64,000 nucleotides of DNA from Deltaproteobacteria bacterium. Lineage in GTDB: Bacteria; SAR324; NAC60-12. The translations under genes and the position numbers were made by a program. Shown piece after piece: positions 40,795 to 50,084 of the stretch; the first letter of the stretch is position 1; each line of letters starts with the position of its first letter. The notes below the pieces were generated by a model, which saw nothing but the letters and a program-made list of their open reading frames with translations, made no database searches and was not told the DNA's origin. The stretch lies in assembly GCA_038150265.1 (NCBI GenBank), contig JAYOTF010000003.1, forward strand, positions 1 through 64,000. The letters are read 5' to 3'.

Positions 40795-41790
40795 TTACTG
40801 CTGCTCGCTATTCAGCGTCTTGCCATGCTCGGTCCAGAACTTCTTGGCGCCGTCGTGGACAGGCGTGACAATGCCGGTCAGGCCGGCATCAATGCTCATG
40901 GCCTTCGCCGTGGACTTCACCGAAACCAGGTACTTCAGGCCGGCATCCGCAAAGACCTGCTTGACGGCGTCATAGACAATGTCTTCCGAGACGTGGCGTC
41001 CAGCAGTCCACAGCGCTGAATCCTGCACGGTGACGACATCGTAGTCGACTCCCTGATAAGTTCCAGCAGGAATCACCACCTTCGAGTAGAAGGGGTAATC
41101 CTTGAAGAGCTTTCCGTTCTTCTCTGCTTCCGCATAGACCTGAATCAGGCGGATGGGATTGGAGGCCGCAGCCTGAATCACGGAAGAGTTCGGGAATCCG
41201 GCAAAGACCCAGAGGGCTGCTACCTGGTTGTCTCCCAACGCCGAGGCGCCCTGGTTGTAGCCGACAAACTGCGGGTCGATCTTGTCCCAGATGCCCACGC
41301 TCTCAAAGTACCGCTGAGCCGAGGCAGCCGCTCCGGAGCCAGCCGCCCCCACAGCCACCTTCTTGCCCACCAGTCCTTCAACGGTGGTGATGCCCGAGTT
41401 TTCCAGCACAATCAGGTGAGCCGGAGCACCGTAGAGGTAGGCCACCGCGTGAACGTTCCGGTACTTCTTCGTGTCCTTGGTCAAGCGTCCGTTGCGTCCC
41501 AGGTAGAGGTCTCCGGAGTAGGTGATGCCAAAGTCGGCATCCTTGGAATTCACCCGGCGCAGGTTTTCCACCGAGCCCGCAGAGGCCATGTTCGACACCT
41601 CAAGGTCCCCCATGTTCTTCGACAGGTAGGTGGACATGCCATTGGAGAAGTACTGGAAGGTCCCTCCGTCTGGGCCACCCGAGAAGGCCAGGTACTTTTG
41701 GGCGGAAGCCGGAGTGGCCAGCAGCAGGGCAGCTGCCAGGGTCGACGTCAGCGCCGAGGCCGTTTTGCGAAAGATGCGGTTCAGTTGCAT
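40795..41790 (-). CDS. TAXI-family TRAP solute-binding protein
   Basis: Signal peptide; GGPDGGTFQY, SAGSVENL, VGAAGSG, IPAGTY, PVHDGAKKF. Confidence 0.9.
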   Translation of the reverse strand: MQLNRIFRKTASALTSTLAAALLLATPASAQKYLAFSGGPDGGTFQYFSNGMSTYLSKNMGDLEVSNMASAGSVENLRRVNSKDADFGITYSGDLYLGRNGRLTKDTKKYRNVHAVAYLYGAPAHLIVLENSGITTVEGLVGKKVAVGAAGSGAAASAQRYFESVGIWDKIDPQFVGYNQGASALGDNQVAALWVFAGFPNSSVIQAAASNPIRLIQVYAEAEKNGKLFKDYPFYSKVVIPAGTYQGVDYDVVTVQDSALWTAGRHVSEDIVYDAVKQVFADAGLKYLVSVKSTAKAMSIDAGLTGIVTPVHDGAKKFWTEHGKTLNSEQQ

Positions 41791-41853
41791 GAGGTTCTCC
41801 TATTAGGTTAAACAAACGTCAGCACCCGGCGTTCCGGATGCCGCACACCCGGT

Positions 41854-42321
41854 TCACCCCTGCTCCCGGTGGGGGACAGCGGGACGGTGGGGCACCGTCA
41901 GAACCGGAATGGGCGAATTGCGGACCACCCGCTCCGCCGTTGAGCCAATCAGCACATGCTCCAGTGCCGAATGCCCCGTACTCCCCAAAATGATCAGATC
42001 GGCCTGCACGCGTTCGGCCTCAAGCAGAATCTCCCGGAACCCGACTCCGGCCAGAACCTGTGCCGTCCAGTGCTGTTCGGCAAAGTGCTGGTGGCAAAAG
42101 GCCTGAAGGTCTTCTTCTGCCACCCGAAGCACCTCATGGCTCAGGGACTGAAAGACCTCATCGGTCAGGCGCTTGCGTCGACGGTCCACCAGCTCGGTTA
42201 CCACATGAACAACATGCAGTTGAGCGCCAGTGAGCTTCAGCAGTTCGTGGACGTACTTACAGGTTTCCTCGGCTCCTTCAGAAAAATCTGTGGCCAGTAA
42301 CAGGGTTTGAAATTGAGTCAC
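41854..42321 (-). CDS. Universal stress protein (UspA family)
   Basis: LLATDFS, LHVVHV, DLIILGSTG, LIGSTAERVVRNSPIPVLTV. Confidence 0.92.
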   Translation of the reverse strand: MTQFQTLLLATDFSEGAEETCKYVHELLKLTGAQLHVVHVVTELVDRRRKRLTDEVFQSLSHEVLRVAEEDLQAFCHQHFAEQHWTAQVLAGVGFREILLEAERVQADLIILGSTGHSALEHVLIGSTAERVVRNSPIPVLTVPHRPAVPHREQG

Positions 42322-42340
42322 ACCTTCCTCGTGTCAGTCA

Positions 42341-44530
42341 TCAGGAAACGGCGGGAGAAGTCGCTTCGGCATCGCGCTGGATCCACCAAACGAGAGCCAC
42401 CAGCACGAGTCCAGCGGCATCGGTTTCAAAGGTTGGCCAGTACAGCAGGAAGGTGGCCACCCCCAGCACGATCCACTCATAAAGCCTGGTGCGCCTCCGG
42501 AAGAACCCCATGGAGAAGGCACTGAACGCGATGGTACCCAGTACTGCTGAGAGGAAGGCACTGAAGATTTCCAACGGGGAGCCCTCCAGCAACATGCCCG
42601 GGACGTAGGCAAAGAGCAGCGGCATCACGTAGAGCAGCTTGGCAAACTTGAAGGACGTCCACCCGGTCTTCCACGGGTCGGCTCCGGCAATCGCGGCTCC
42701 CGCATAGGCCGCCACACACACCGGAGGCGTGATGTTGGAGTCCTGCGAGAGCCAGTACACGATCATGTGCGCGGCAATAACCGAAACGCCATACTGCCCC
42801 AAAGCCGGAACCGCCAGGACCGCGACAATCAGGTACGCCGCTGTCACCGGAACCCCCATTCCCAGCACCAGAGAGGCAATCGCAATCAGCACCACCGCCA
42901 GCAGCAGGCTTTCGCCCGCCATCGAGATCACCAGGTCTGAAAACTTCAGGCCCATGCCGGTCAGCGAGATGGTTCCCACAATGACCCCAATCACCCCAAT
43001 GGTTGCGCCCACCACCAGTGTGCTGTCTGCGCCCTTGAGCACCGCATTCCAGACCTCTCTGGGGCCCATTCGGGTCTCTTTCTTGACCCAGCTGATCGCA
43101 ATGCAGGAGAGCGTGGCCCAGAAGGCCGCGTTTCCGGGAGACCGCCCCATGAACATCAGAACCGTGATGATGATCAGCGGCAGCGAGTAGTACCAGCCGT
43201 CCTTGAGGACCACCTTCCAGGGCGGCACCTCTTCCGAAAGGTCCAGCCCCCCCAGCCCTTGCTTCTTGGCCTCAAAGTGAATCATCCCAAACACGGAGAG
43301 GAAGTAGAGCAGCGCTGGTCCCACTGACATCAGCATGATGTTGGCGTAGGAAATACCGGTCAGCTCAGCCATCAGGAACCCTCCGGCGCCCATGATCGGG
43401 GGCAGAAACATGCCACCAATTGAGGCCGACGGCTCAATTGCTCCCGCAACATGGGGCTTGAAGCCCGCTCGTTTCATCAGTGGAATCGTGAAGGAGCCGG
43501 TCGAAACGGTGTTGGCAATGGCCGACCCGGACACGGAACCAAACAGCGCTGACGAAAGCACTGCGACCTTGGCCGGCCCGCCCGTTGCGCCTCCGGCAAT
43601 GGCCAGTGGGAGGTCAATGAAGAAGCGTCCGGCTCCGGAAGCCTGCAAGAAAGCCCCAAAGAAGATGAAGAGGATGACGTAGGTCGCCAGAACGTTGGCC
43701 ATGACCCCAAACACGCCGTTGGTGGTCAGAAACAGCGAGGTGGCCAAGCGCTCAAAGCGAAAGCCTCGGTGGGCCAGCAGGTCCGGAAGGTAGGGGCCAA
43801 AGAGCCCGAAGCAGATCATGCCAATGCCAATGAGGGTAATGGACCAGCCCAGCACGCGACGGCACACCTCAAGAGAAAGCAACAGCCCCACAATGCTGAC
43901 CAGCATGTCGACCTCATTTTCGGCACCCGCCCGGTAGTTCAGGTCTTCAAACTGGCTGATCCAGTACAGCACGGTGACCGCCATGCCCGTCGCCAGGATG
44001 TGGTCGCTGATGCTTGGGATGTTCCTGGAAACAGAAAGAAGCTTGCGATCCAGAAACGCCAGAGGCAGCGCCAGTACCGGAATCAGCAAGAGGGTGTAGA
44101 GGAGATTGCCCAGATCCTGCTCCAGGGCGAGGGAGAGGCCATCGTACTCCCAGGTTTCCTGGAAGAGGCCAATCTGCTGGTAGAAGCTGGTGAAGTCGTC
44201 AAAGAAAAGGCTTCCGGAAAGCAGCACCGCCAGCAAGGCACCGGCTGAAAGCGCCATCAGGTCATGCGCCAGCTTGCCTCCTGCGGGATAGAGCAAAAAG
44301 ACCAGGACACAGGTAATCAGTACGTAGATGCCCAGGTGATACTGCGTCCCAAGCGCCTGGAAGCCGGCTCCGTAAAAGTAGATCAGCACCAACGCTGCGG
44401 AAAGCCCTGAGGCTCCCCAACGCCAGATGCTGCCGAGTGAACGCTCCGTTTTGCTTTCCTGCTCCAGCAACGCCTGCAGGCGAGCCTCGTTTTCAGAATC
44501 CGGCTCAATGGCCTGGTTGCTCTCAATCAC
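42341..44530 (-). CDS. TRAP transporter fused DctQM permease (4TM/12TM, TAXI type)
   Basis: GGPAKVAV, GSAIANTVSTGSFTIPLMK, PPIMGAGGF, LGMGVP, ITPPVC. Start GTG 44530 preceded by AAGGAGG. Confidence 0.92.
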   Translation of the reverse strand: MIESNQAIEPDSENEARLQALLEQESKTERSLGSIWRWGASGLSAALVLIYFYGAGFQALGTQYHLGIYVLITCVLVFLLYPAGGKLAHDLMALSAGALLAVLLSGSLFFDDFTSFYQQIGLFQETWEYDGLSLALEQDLGNLLYTLLLIPVLALPLAFLDRKLLSVSRNIPSISDHILATGMAVTVLYWISQFEDLNYRAGAENEVDMLVSIVGLLLSLEVCRRVLGWSITLIGIGMICFGLFGPYLPDLLAHRGFRFERLATSLFLTTNGVFGVMANVLATYVILFIFFGAFLQASGAGRFFIDLPLAIAGGATGGPAKVAVLSSALFGSVSGSAIANTVSTGSFTIPLMKRAGFKPHVAGAIEPSASIGGMFLPPIMGAGGFLMAELTGISYANIMLMSVGPALLYFLSVFGMIHFEAKKQGLGGLDLSEEVPPWKVVLKDGWYYSLPLIIITVLMFMGRSPGNAAFWATLSCIAISWVKKETRMGPREVWNAVLKGADSTLVVGATIGVIGVIVGTISLTGMGLKFSDLVISMAGESLLLAVVLIAIASLVLGMGVPVTAAYLIVAVLAVPALGQYGVSVIAAHMIVYWLSQDSNITPPVCVAAYAGAAIAGADPWKTGWTSFKFAKLLYVMPLLFAYVPGMLLEGSPLEIFSAFLSAVLGTIAFSAFSMGFFRRRTRLYEWIVLGVATFLLYWPTFETDAAGLVLVALVWWIQRDAEATSPAVS

Positions 44531-44598
44531 GTTTGCCTCCTTAACCGCTTGCGCCCGTTGCGCTGTTCCCACTGCGGGATCCTTACCGCTTTCCTTTC

Positions 44599-44614
44599 AG
44601 CAAGCCGGAGACCA
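44599..44614 (-). promoter_or_regulatory. Sigma54 -24/-12 promoter of the TRAP operon
   Basis: Minus strand TGGTCTCCGGCTTGCT = GG-N10-GC with TTGC, about 70 bp upstream of the start codon; the operon encodes a sigma54 activator. Confidence 0.7.
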
Positions 44615-44668
44615 GATCGATTCTATTTTCAGAGTACTGTTTTTATGATTTATTTTAAAAGACCACCC

Positions 44669-44726
44669 TCCGGAATGAGCAAAAAATCGCTCATCAAACT
44701 TCCGGAATGAGCAAAAAATCGCTTAT
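44669..44726. promoter_or_regulatory. Tandem enhancer (UAS) sites for the DctD-like activator
   Basis: 23-bp direct repeat TCCGGAATGAGCAAAAAATCGCT at 44669 and 44701 (32-bp period), each containing the dyad ATGAGC-N8-GCTYAT. Confidence 0.75.
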
Positions 44727-44838
44727 TCACTTGGAAGCCCAGTAGGGCCCTGCGGCGTGCGCTTTGGAAAAAGAGAGGAACAGGGGGGAGACGCAAGGAA
44801 CCTCCGGAGTCAGGCGCTCCGGAGGCTGGGGTCACGGG

Positions 44839-46008
44839 TCAGACGCCGTAGAATTCAGCGACTTTGCGGGTAACGTACTGGAGGGCCTCATCGCTGACTC
44901 CGGGGTAGACCGGAAGGGAGAGGATCGACTGCGCGGCGGTGTTGGAGACCGGGAAGTCTTCCTCACGGTACCCCAGGGAGGCGAAGCATTCCTGCTTGTG
45001 GAAGGGCAGCGGGTAGTAGATCTCGGAAGCAATCCCTTCTTGCTGCAGGAAGTCCCGCAGCTCGTCTCGCTTCAGCGCCCGGACCATGAACTGGTTGTAG
45101 ATGTGCCGATGCGGAAGGGAGGCGTCGTGCACGGCTTCAGGCAAGCGCACAAACTCATTCAGGCCCGCTTGCTCAAACAGCTCCTGGTAGCGGTTGGCGT
45201 TGTGCTGGCGTTGCTCATGCCACTCGTCCAGGCGCTTCAGCTTCAGCCGCACCACCGTTGCTTGAATCGGATCCAGCCGGAAGTTTCCGCCAATGACCTT
45301 GTGGAAGTAGCGCTGTTCGCCACCATGAACACGCTTGATCCGCATCTTCTGAGCCAGCTCCGGATCATTGACGGAAATGATTCCACCGTCTCCGATGCCC
45401 CCCAGGTTTTTGGAAGGAAAGAAGGAAAAACACCCTGCTGCCCCCACGCTCCCGGCCCGGTGTTTTTTGCCCTGGTAGAGGCACTCGGCCCCAATCGCCT
45501 GCGCGGCATCTTCCACCACCGGGACCCCCAGTTCGGCCGCAATTTCCATGATGCCATCCATGTCGGCACACTGGCCATACAGGTGCACCGGCATGATCGC
45601 CTTCACGCGGCTTCGCTCTTCGGCACTCAGGCCCTGCAGCACCACACGGATCTGCTCCGGATCCAGGTTGAAGGTCACAGGATCAATGTCCACAAACACC
45701 GGACGCGCGTTGAGACGCGCAATCACGCCAGCAGTCGCAAAAAACGAGAAATCCGTGGTCAGCACCAGGTCGCCAGGGCCCACATCCAGGGCCATCAGGG
45801 CGAGCAGCAGCGCATCGGTGCCCGACGAGACCCCTACTGCATCAGCCGTCCCACAGTAGGCAGCAATCTCCTTTTCCAGCTCATCCACCTCCGGCCCCAT
45901 GATGTAGCGGGTCGAGTCGATCACCTGTGTTACGGCTTCCAGGATTTCTGCCCGCATCTCTTCCAGTTGCGGTTTCAGGTCAAGAAGCGGAATGGTCATT
46001 TCCGGCAT
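44839..46008 (-). CDS. DegT/DnrJ/EryC1/StrS family PLP aminotransferase (nucleotide-sugar)
   Basis: SSGTDAL, PVHLYGQ, EDAAQAIG, SFFPSKNLGGIGDGG, LSLPVYP. Confidence 0.93.
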   Translation of the reverse strand: MPEMTIPLLDLKPQLEEMRAEILEAVTQVIDSTRYIMGPEVDELEKEIAAYCGTADAVGVSSGTDALLLALMALDVGPGDLVLTTDFSFFATAGVIARLNARPVFVDIDPVTFNLDPEQIRVVLQGLSAEERSRVKAIMPVHLYGQCADMDGIMEIAAELGVPVVEDAAQAIGAECLYQGKKHRAGSVGAAGCFSFFPSKNLGGIGDGGIISVNDPELAQKMRIKRVHGGEQRYFHKVIGGNFRLDPIQATVVRLKLKRLDEWHEQRQHNANRYQELFEQAGLNEFVRLPEAVHDASLPHRHIYNQFMVRALKRDELRDFLQQEGIASEIYYPLPFHKQECFASLGYREEDFPVSNTAAQSILSLPVYPGVSDEALQYVTRKVAEFYGV

Positions 46009-46031
46009 GGGGCCCTCGTTCTAGCAAAGAG

Positions 46032-46730
46032 TTAAAGCAACACACGAATGTCATAAAACGCGTGCGTGTACGCTGCGGCAGCAAAGCCCCGGATGTAGTA
46101 CAGCACGGTAAACAGCAACCCGGCAATCCAGCGGAACAGAAAGCTGTAGAAGCTGAAGGTGTCGGCCATGTTGCCGACGTAGTGGCTCAGGGAGAACAGA
46201 AACGCGGCTACCGTGACTGCGATCAGGGCGGCCCAGAAGTCACTCCGCAACAGGGGCCGGAGCAGAAACAGCAAAAAGTTCAGCAGCAGCACCCGGAAGA
46301 AGAGTTCCTCAAACAGCCCGGCCCCCAGCGAAAGCGCAAGGTTCTGCAGCAGGCCCGAGCTTCCGTACGCGCCAACCGACAGCAGGATGGGACTGAGGAT
46401 CAGGTGGATCACCAGCCCAAACACCAGGCTATAGGCCAGGGATTCGAGCATCAGCAGGCCAATGTACTGGGCCCGGAGGGAAATGCCCTGCGACAGCATC
46501 TTGGCGGGAACCAGCAGGGCCAGGGCTCCCACAATCATCACAAAGGGGATCAGCGGCGGGCTGACTTCAAAAGCACGGAGGAAGAAACGAATCCAGACAT
46601 CGGCAGCATTCCGGACCGCCCAGTATCGGGTTTCCGTCAAGACGACCAGGACCTCGTACCCGACCAGGAGCGGGATGGCGAGGACAACCGAATAGAAAGG
46701 AGAGCGGGTGGCCTCCAGGTACTCACGCAT
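46032..46730 (-). CDS. CPBP (Abi/CAAX) family intramembrane metalloprotease
   Basis: Multi-TM; AGLFEELFFR, FSLSH, HAFYD motifs. Confidence 0.85.
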   Translation of the reverse strand: MREYLEATRSPFYSVVLAIPLLVGYEVLVVLTETRYWAVRNAADVWIRFFLRAFEVSPPLIPFVMIVGALALLVPAKMLSQGISLRAQYIGLLMLESLAYSLVFGLVIHLILSPILLSVGAYGSSGLLQNLALSLGAGLFEELFFRVLLLNFLLFLLRPLLRSDFWAALIAVTVAAFLFSLSHYVGNMADTFSFYSFLFRWIAGLLFTVLYYIRGFAAAAYTHAFYDIRVLL

Positions 46731-46738
46731 GTGAGGCG

Positions 46739-47425
46739 TCAGAGGCGGGTGATGTTGGCTTCGCTGACAAAGTTCAGGCGCTTGAGACGAGTGGCTTCCG
46801 AGTTGGCTTGGCCTCGGGTGAGTTTCCCAACGCGAACACGATACCAGACCTGACTGGTCTGGGAAACATACTTGTCCACATACGCCTCGCGGAACCCGTT
46901 CTCATTGAGCCGTGTGACCATGTCTTCTGCCATCTTCAGCACCCGGTAGGCGGCCACCTGAATGGTGTAGGTCCGGTCTGGCGCAGGTACCGGTTTTGGA
47001 GGAATGGGCTTGGGCTTTTCCGGAGCAGGGCTGGGCACCACGGCGACCGGCTTCGAGGGAGACGGCGGCGCTGGAACTCCGGCTTCTCCTGCCTGCGCAC
47101 TCACTTCCGCCTGGTTCACTTCGTCTGCCAGCACACTGGTGCGTTCCCGGAGTTTGCTCAGGTTTTCCAGGTCAATGGCCGGTTCATCGGCCGGCTCTTC
47201 TGCCAGCTGGAAGAACTGCATCTGTTCGGGGCTGACTTCCTCACCCGCCCCATCTTGAGGCAGGGGGGCCAGGAGGTCGGCTTCGGGACTGCGGAGGCTC
47301 TTGCCTGAGGTGAAGCCCAGATAAAACGCCAGCACCAGACTGAGGGTGCCAAGCGCTACCAATGAGGTCGCCTGAAGGGTGGTGAGCTTGAGGTTAATGA
47401 GCGGTTTTGGCTTCGATGCTGCCAT
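46739..47425 (-). CDS. SPOR-domain protein (FtsN/DedD-like)
   Basis: Single TM, Pro-rich linker, C-terminal YTIQVAAY...WYRVRVG. Confidence 0.85.
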   Translation of the reverse strand: MAASKPKPLINLKLTTLQATSLVALGTLSLVLAFYLGFTSGKSLRSPEADLLAPLPQDGAGEEVSPEQMQFFQLAEEPADEPAIDLENLSKLRERTSVLADEVNQAEVSAQAGEAGVPAPPSPSKPVAVVPSPAPEKPKPIPPKPVPAPDRTYTIQVAAYRVLKMAEDMVTRLNENGFREAYVDKYVSQTSQVWYRVRVGKLTRGQANSEATRLKRLNFVSEANITRL

Positions 47426-48119
47426 TACTGGATTTGGGAAACGTCCAAGGACCCTGAAGTGTCGGGAAGTTCAAGGCGTTCTGAAGCTGCAGAAGGAATT
47501 CGCCTCGCGACACCTCACGAGCGCCCATGCTTAACAGATGCGTCGTGGGCATCTGACAATCGATAAACTGCATTTGCAGGGAACGAGCCAACTCACTCAA
47601 TTTGGCCAACGCGACCTTGGAGGCATTGCTTTCAAGGCTAAACATCGACTCGCCAAAGAAGGCTCGCCCCAGAGAAACCCCATACAGCCCGCCCACCAGG
47701 CGTCCCTCGCGCCAGCATTCCACGGAATGAGCCAGGCCTTCCTGAAACAGTTCGGTGTAGGCCTCCTGCATCGAGTCGGTGATCCAGGTGCCCTTTCCTT
47801 CCTCCAGGCGCAGCTCCGCACAGTGCCCAATGACTTCCGCAAAGGCGGTGTCGACCCGCACCTCAAAGTACTCGCGGCGGAGCACCTTCCGGAGGCTCCG
47901 GGACACGCGGATCTCCTCGGGGTAGAGCAGCAGCCGAGGATCCGGACTCCACCAAAGCAGGGGCTGCCCCTCTTCATACCACGGGAAGATGCCGTTGCGG
48001 TAGGCTTCAATGAGCCGAGGGGTTGACAGGTCTCCGCCAATGGCCAACAGGCCATCCGGTTCCGCCTCATGGGGATCCGGAAACATGGGCAGATTCTTCA
48101 TCAACCGATAGACGGGCAT
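47394..48119 (-). CDS. aat: Leucyl/phenylalanyl-tRNA--protein transferase
   Basis: GLLAIGGDL, AYRNGIFPW, WWSPDPR, TWIT, GGLYGV, FFGESMFS, NASKVA. Confidence 0.96.
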   Translation of the reverse strand: MPVYRLMKNLPMFPDPHEAEPDGLLAIGGDLSTPRLIEAYRNGIFPWYEEGQPLLWWSPDPRLLLYPEEIRVSRSLRKVLRREYFEVRVDTAFAEVIGHCAELRLEEGKGTWITDSMQEAYTELFQEGLAHSVECWREGRLVGGLYGVSLGRAFFGESMFSLESNASKVALAKLSELARSLQMQFIDCQMPTTHLLSMGAREVSRGEFLLQLQNALNFPTLQGPWTFPKSSNGSIEAKTAH

Positions 48120-48176
48120 GGGAAAGGGGGAGTGACAGGAGTCCGGACCCAGCGGCCCGGACCAAGAGGCGGGTGA

Positions 48177-48755
<579 letters not shown>

Positions 48756-48840
48756 TTTGATCTCCTTGAATAAGAGGTTGGGTCGTGATCTTGGGGGTAA
48801 AGGTTCCATCCAAAAGGATAGCCACCAGCCGAGCAGGCTT

Positions 48841-49512
48841 TCAAGAGAAAACTTGGGCCACCTGCTGGGCCTGAGCCAGATGCAGAAGCTTTTCCGCATC
48901 AAATCCGGAGGTCCGTTGCGTCGGCAGGTCAATGACTGCATGGGCCAGCTCCTGGTAGCGTCGGCGACGTTCCGCCAGCAGCAGCGGGTAGCAGCGCCGC
49001 AGGGCCACGTCCGGTGCCTCTTCCGGCTGACGCTGGTAGGCGCCTCCCCAGATCACCGGTTTCGGATCCTCCAGGAAGGTCTGCAGCATCTGCTGATCCT
49101 GCTCGGGGGCACTGCTCAGGTAGATCATCAGCACCTGACTCCGGAGACGATCAATGGCTTCCGGAGGCAGGTAAATGAAACTCCCCGTGGTATCAATCAC
49201 CACCTTCTGGTCCGGAGCCAGTGTGTTCAGGCGTTCACAGAGGGTCTCGGTGACCCGCTCTTCCCAGCGCAGGTACGTGGCCTCGGCTTCTGGGTAACGG
49301 CGTTCATACGGGTGCCCCATCCAGCGGGCCAGGTCTCGGGTGGAGCGCAGGTCCAGAGACGCGTCCTGACCCAGCGCCTCAGCGATGAGCTCGTCGCAAC
49401 TCCAGCGCAAGAACCCCAGGGCCTCGAGGTGCTGCGACCAGTGAGACTTGCCCACTCCGGACATGCCCACCAGCGCAACACGCCCCGGTAACTCGGTTGG
49501 TTCCGAACTCAT
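48841..49512 (-). CDS. P-loop NTPase, shikimate-kinase-like fold
   Basis: ALVGMSGVGKS, SCDELI, VIDTTGS, ERRRRYQELA. Confidence 0.7.
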   Translation of the reverse strand: MSSEPTELPGRVALVGMSGVGKSHWSQHLEALGFLRWSCDELIAEALGQDASLDLRSTRDLARWMGHPYERRYPEAEATYLRWEERVTETLCERLNTLAPDQKVVIDTTGSFIYLPPEAIDRLRSQVLMIYLSSAPEQDQQMLQTFLEDPKPVIWGGAYQRQPEEAPDVALRRCYPLLLAERRRRYQELAHAVIDLPTQRTSGFDAEKLLHLAQAQQVAQVFS

Positions 49513-49527
49513 CAGAACGGCATTCGC

Positions 49528-49914
49528 TTAAACAAGAGGGATCTGCAAAATGTCGAGGTACTGTTCATCATCCAGACGAAACAGTCCCTGCACCTCGGAA
49601 GAAATGCTCACCCGCACTCGGTCGGGGTCCAGTCCGATGACGGTGTGGGTGTCCCCTTCAATCCGCAAGAAGTACAGCAGGGTCAGCCGATCCTGCATTT
49701 CTTCATAGTGGAAGCCAATTTTCAGGGATTCTTTTTGAATGAGCCGGGTGAGGAGGTGGGGAACCCGTTCATCGGTTTGGCCCGGGAGGGTCTTGAGAGC
49801 TTCGGTGTAGGGAAAGCTCCGAATGGCGTACTGAAGAATGACCTCTTCCAGTCCCTGATCCAGGCGGTGGTGGGCGGAAGCGGCGTTGGTCTGCAAAGCC
49901 TGTTCGGTACTCAT
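49528..49914 (-). CDS. Hypothetical protein (128 aa)
   Basis: ATG with AAGGAG RBS; protein-like composition; follows an AT-rich promoter region. Confidence 0.65.
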   Translation of the reverse strand: MSTEQALQTNAASAHHRLDQGLEEVILQYAIRSFPYTEALKTLPGQTDERVPHLLTRLIQKESLKIGFHYEEMQDRLTLLYFLRIEGDTHTVIGLDPDRVRVSISSEVQGLFRLDDEQYLDILQIPLV

Positions 49915-49970
49915 GAACTCCTTATCGGGAATGGTTCATGCCCCTCGTGATTTGAGGCTAATACTCCTAA

Positions 49971-50000
49971 AGTGTAACAGCATTTTTCAATTTTTAGCAA
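49971..50000 (-). promoter_or_regulatory. Candidate sigma70 promoter
   Basis: Minus strand TTGCTA-N18-TACACT with extended TG in an AT-rich intergenic region. Confidence 0.4.
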
Positions 50001-50084
50001 AACCAAATTTCAGGCATCAGTTCCGAAGAAACCCAAATGCCTCCTCAGGAGTTCCCCCAGTTGGGGCTCACTTCGTCCATGAAT

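Noticed and set aside
44669..44726. 23-bp direct repeat considered as a mini-CRISPR or iteron
   Set aside because: Only two copies with a 9-bp spacer, no cas or rep genes; position and dyad symmetry fit a sigma54 enhancer.
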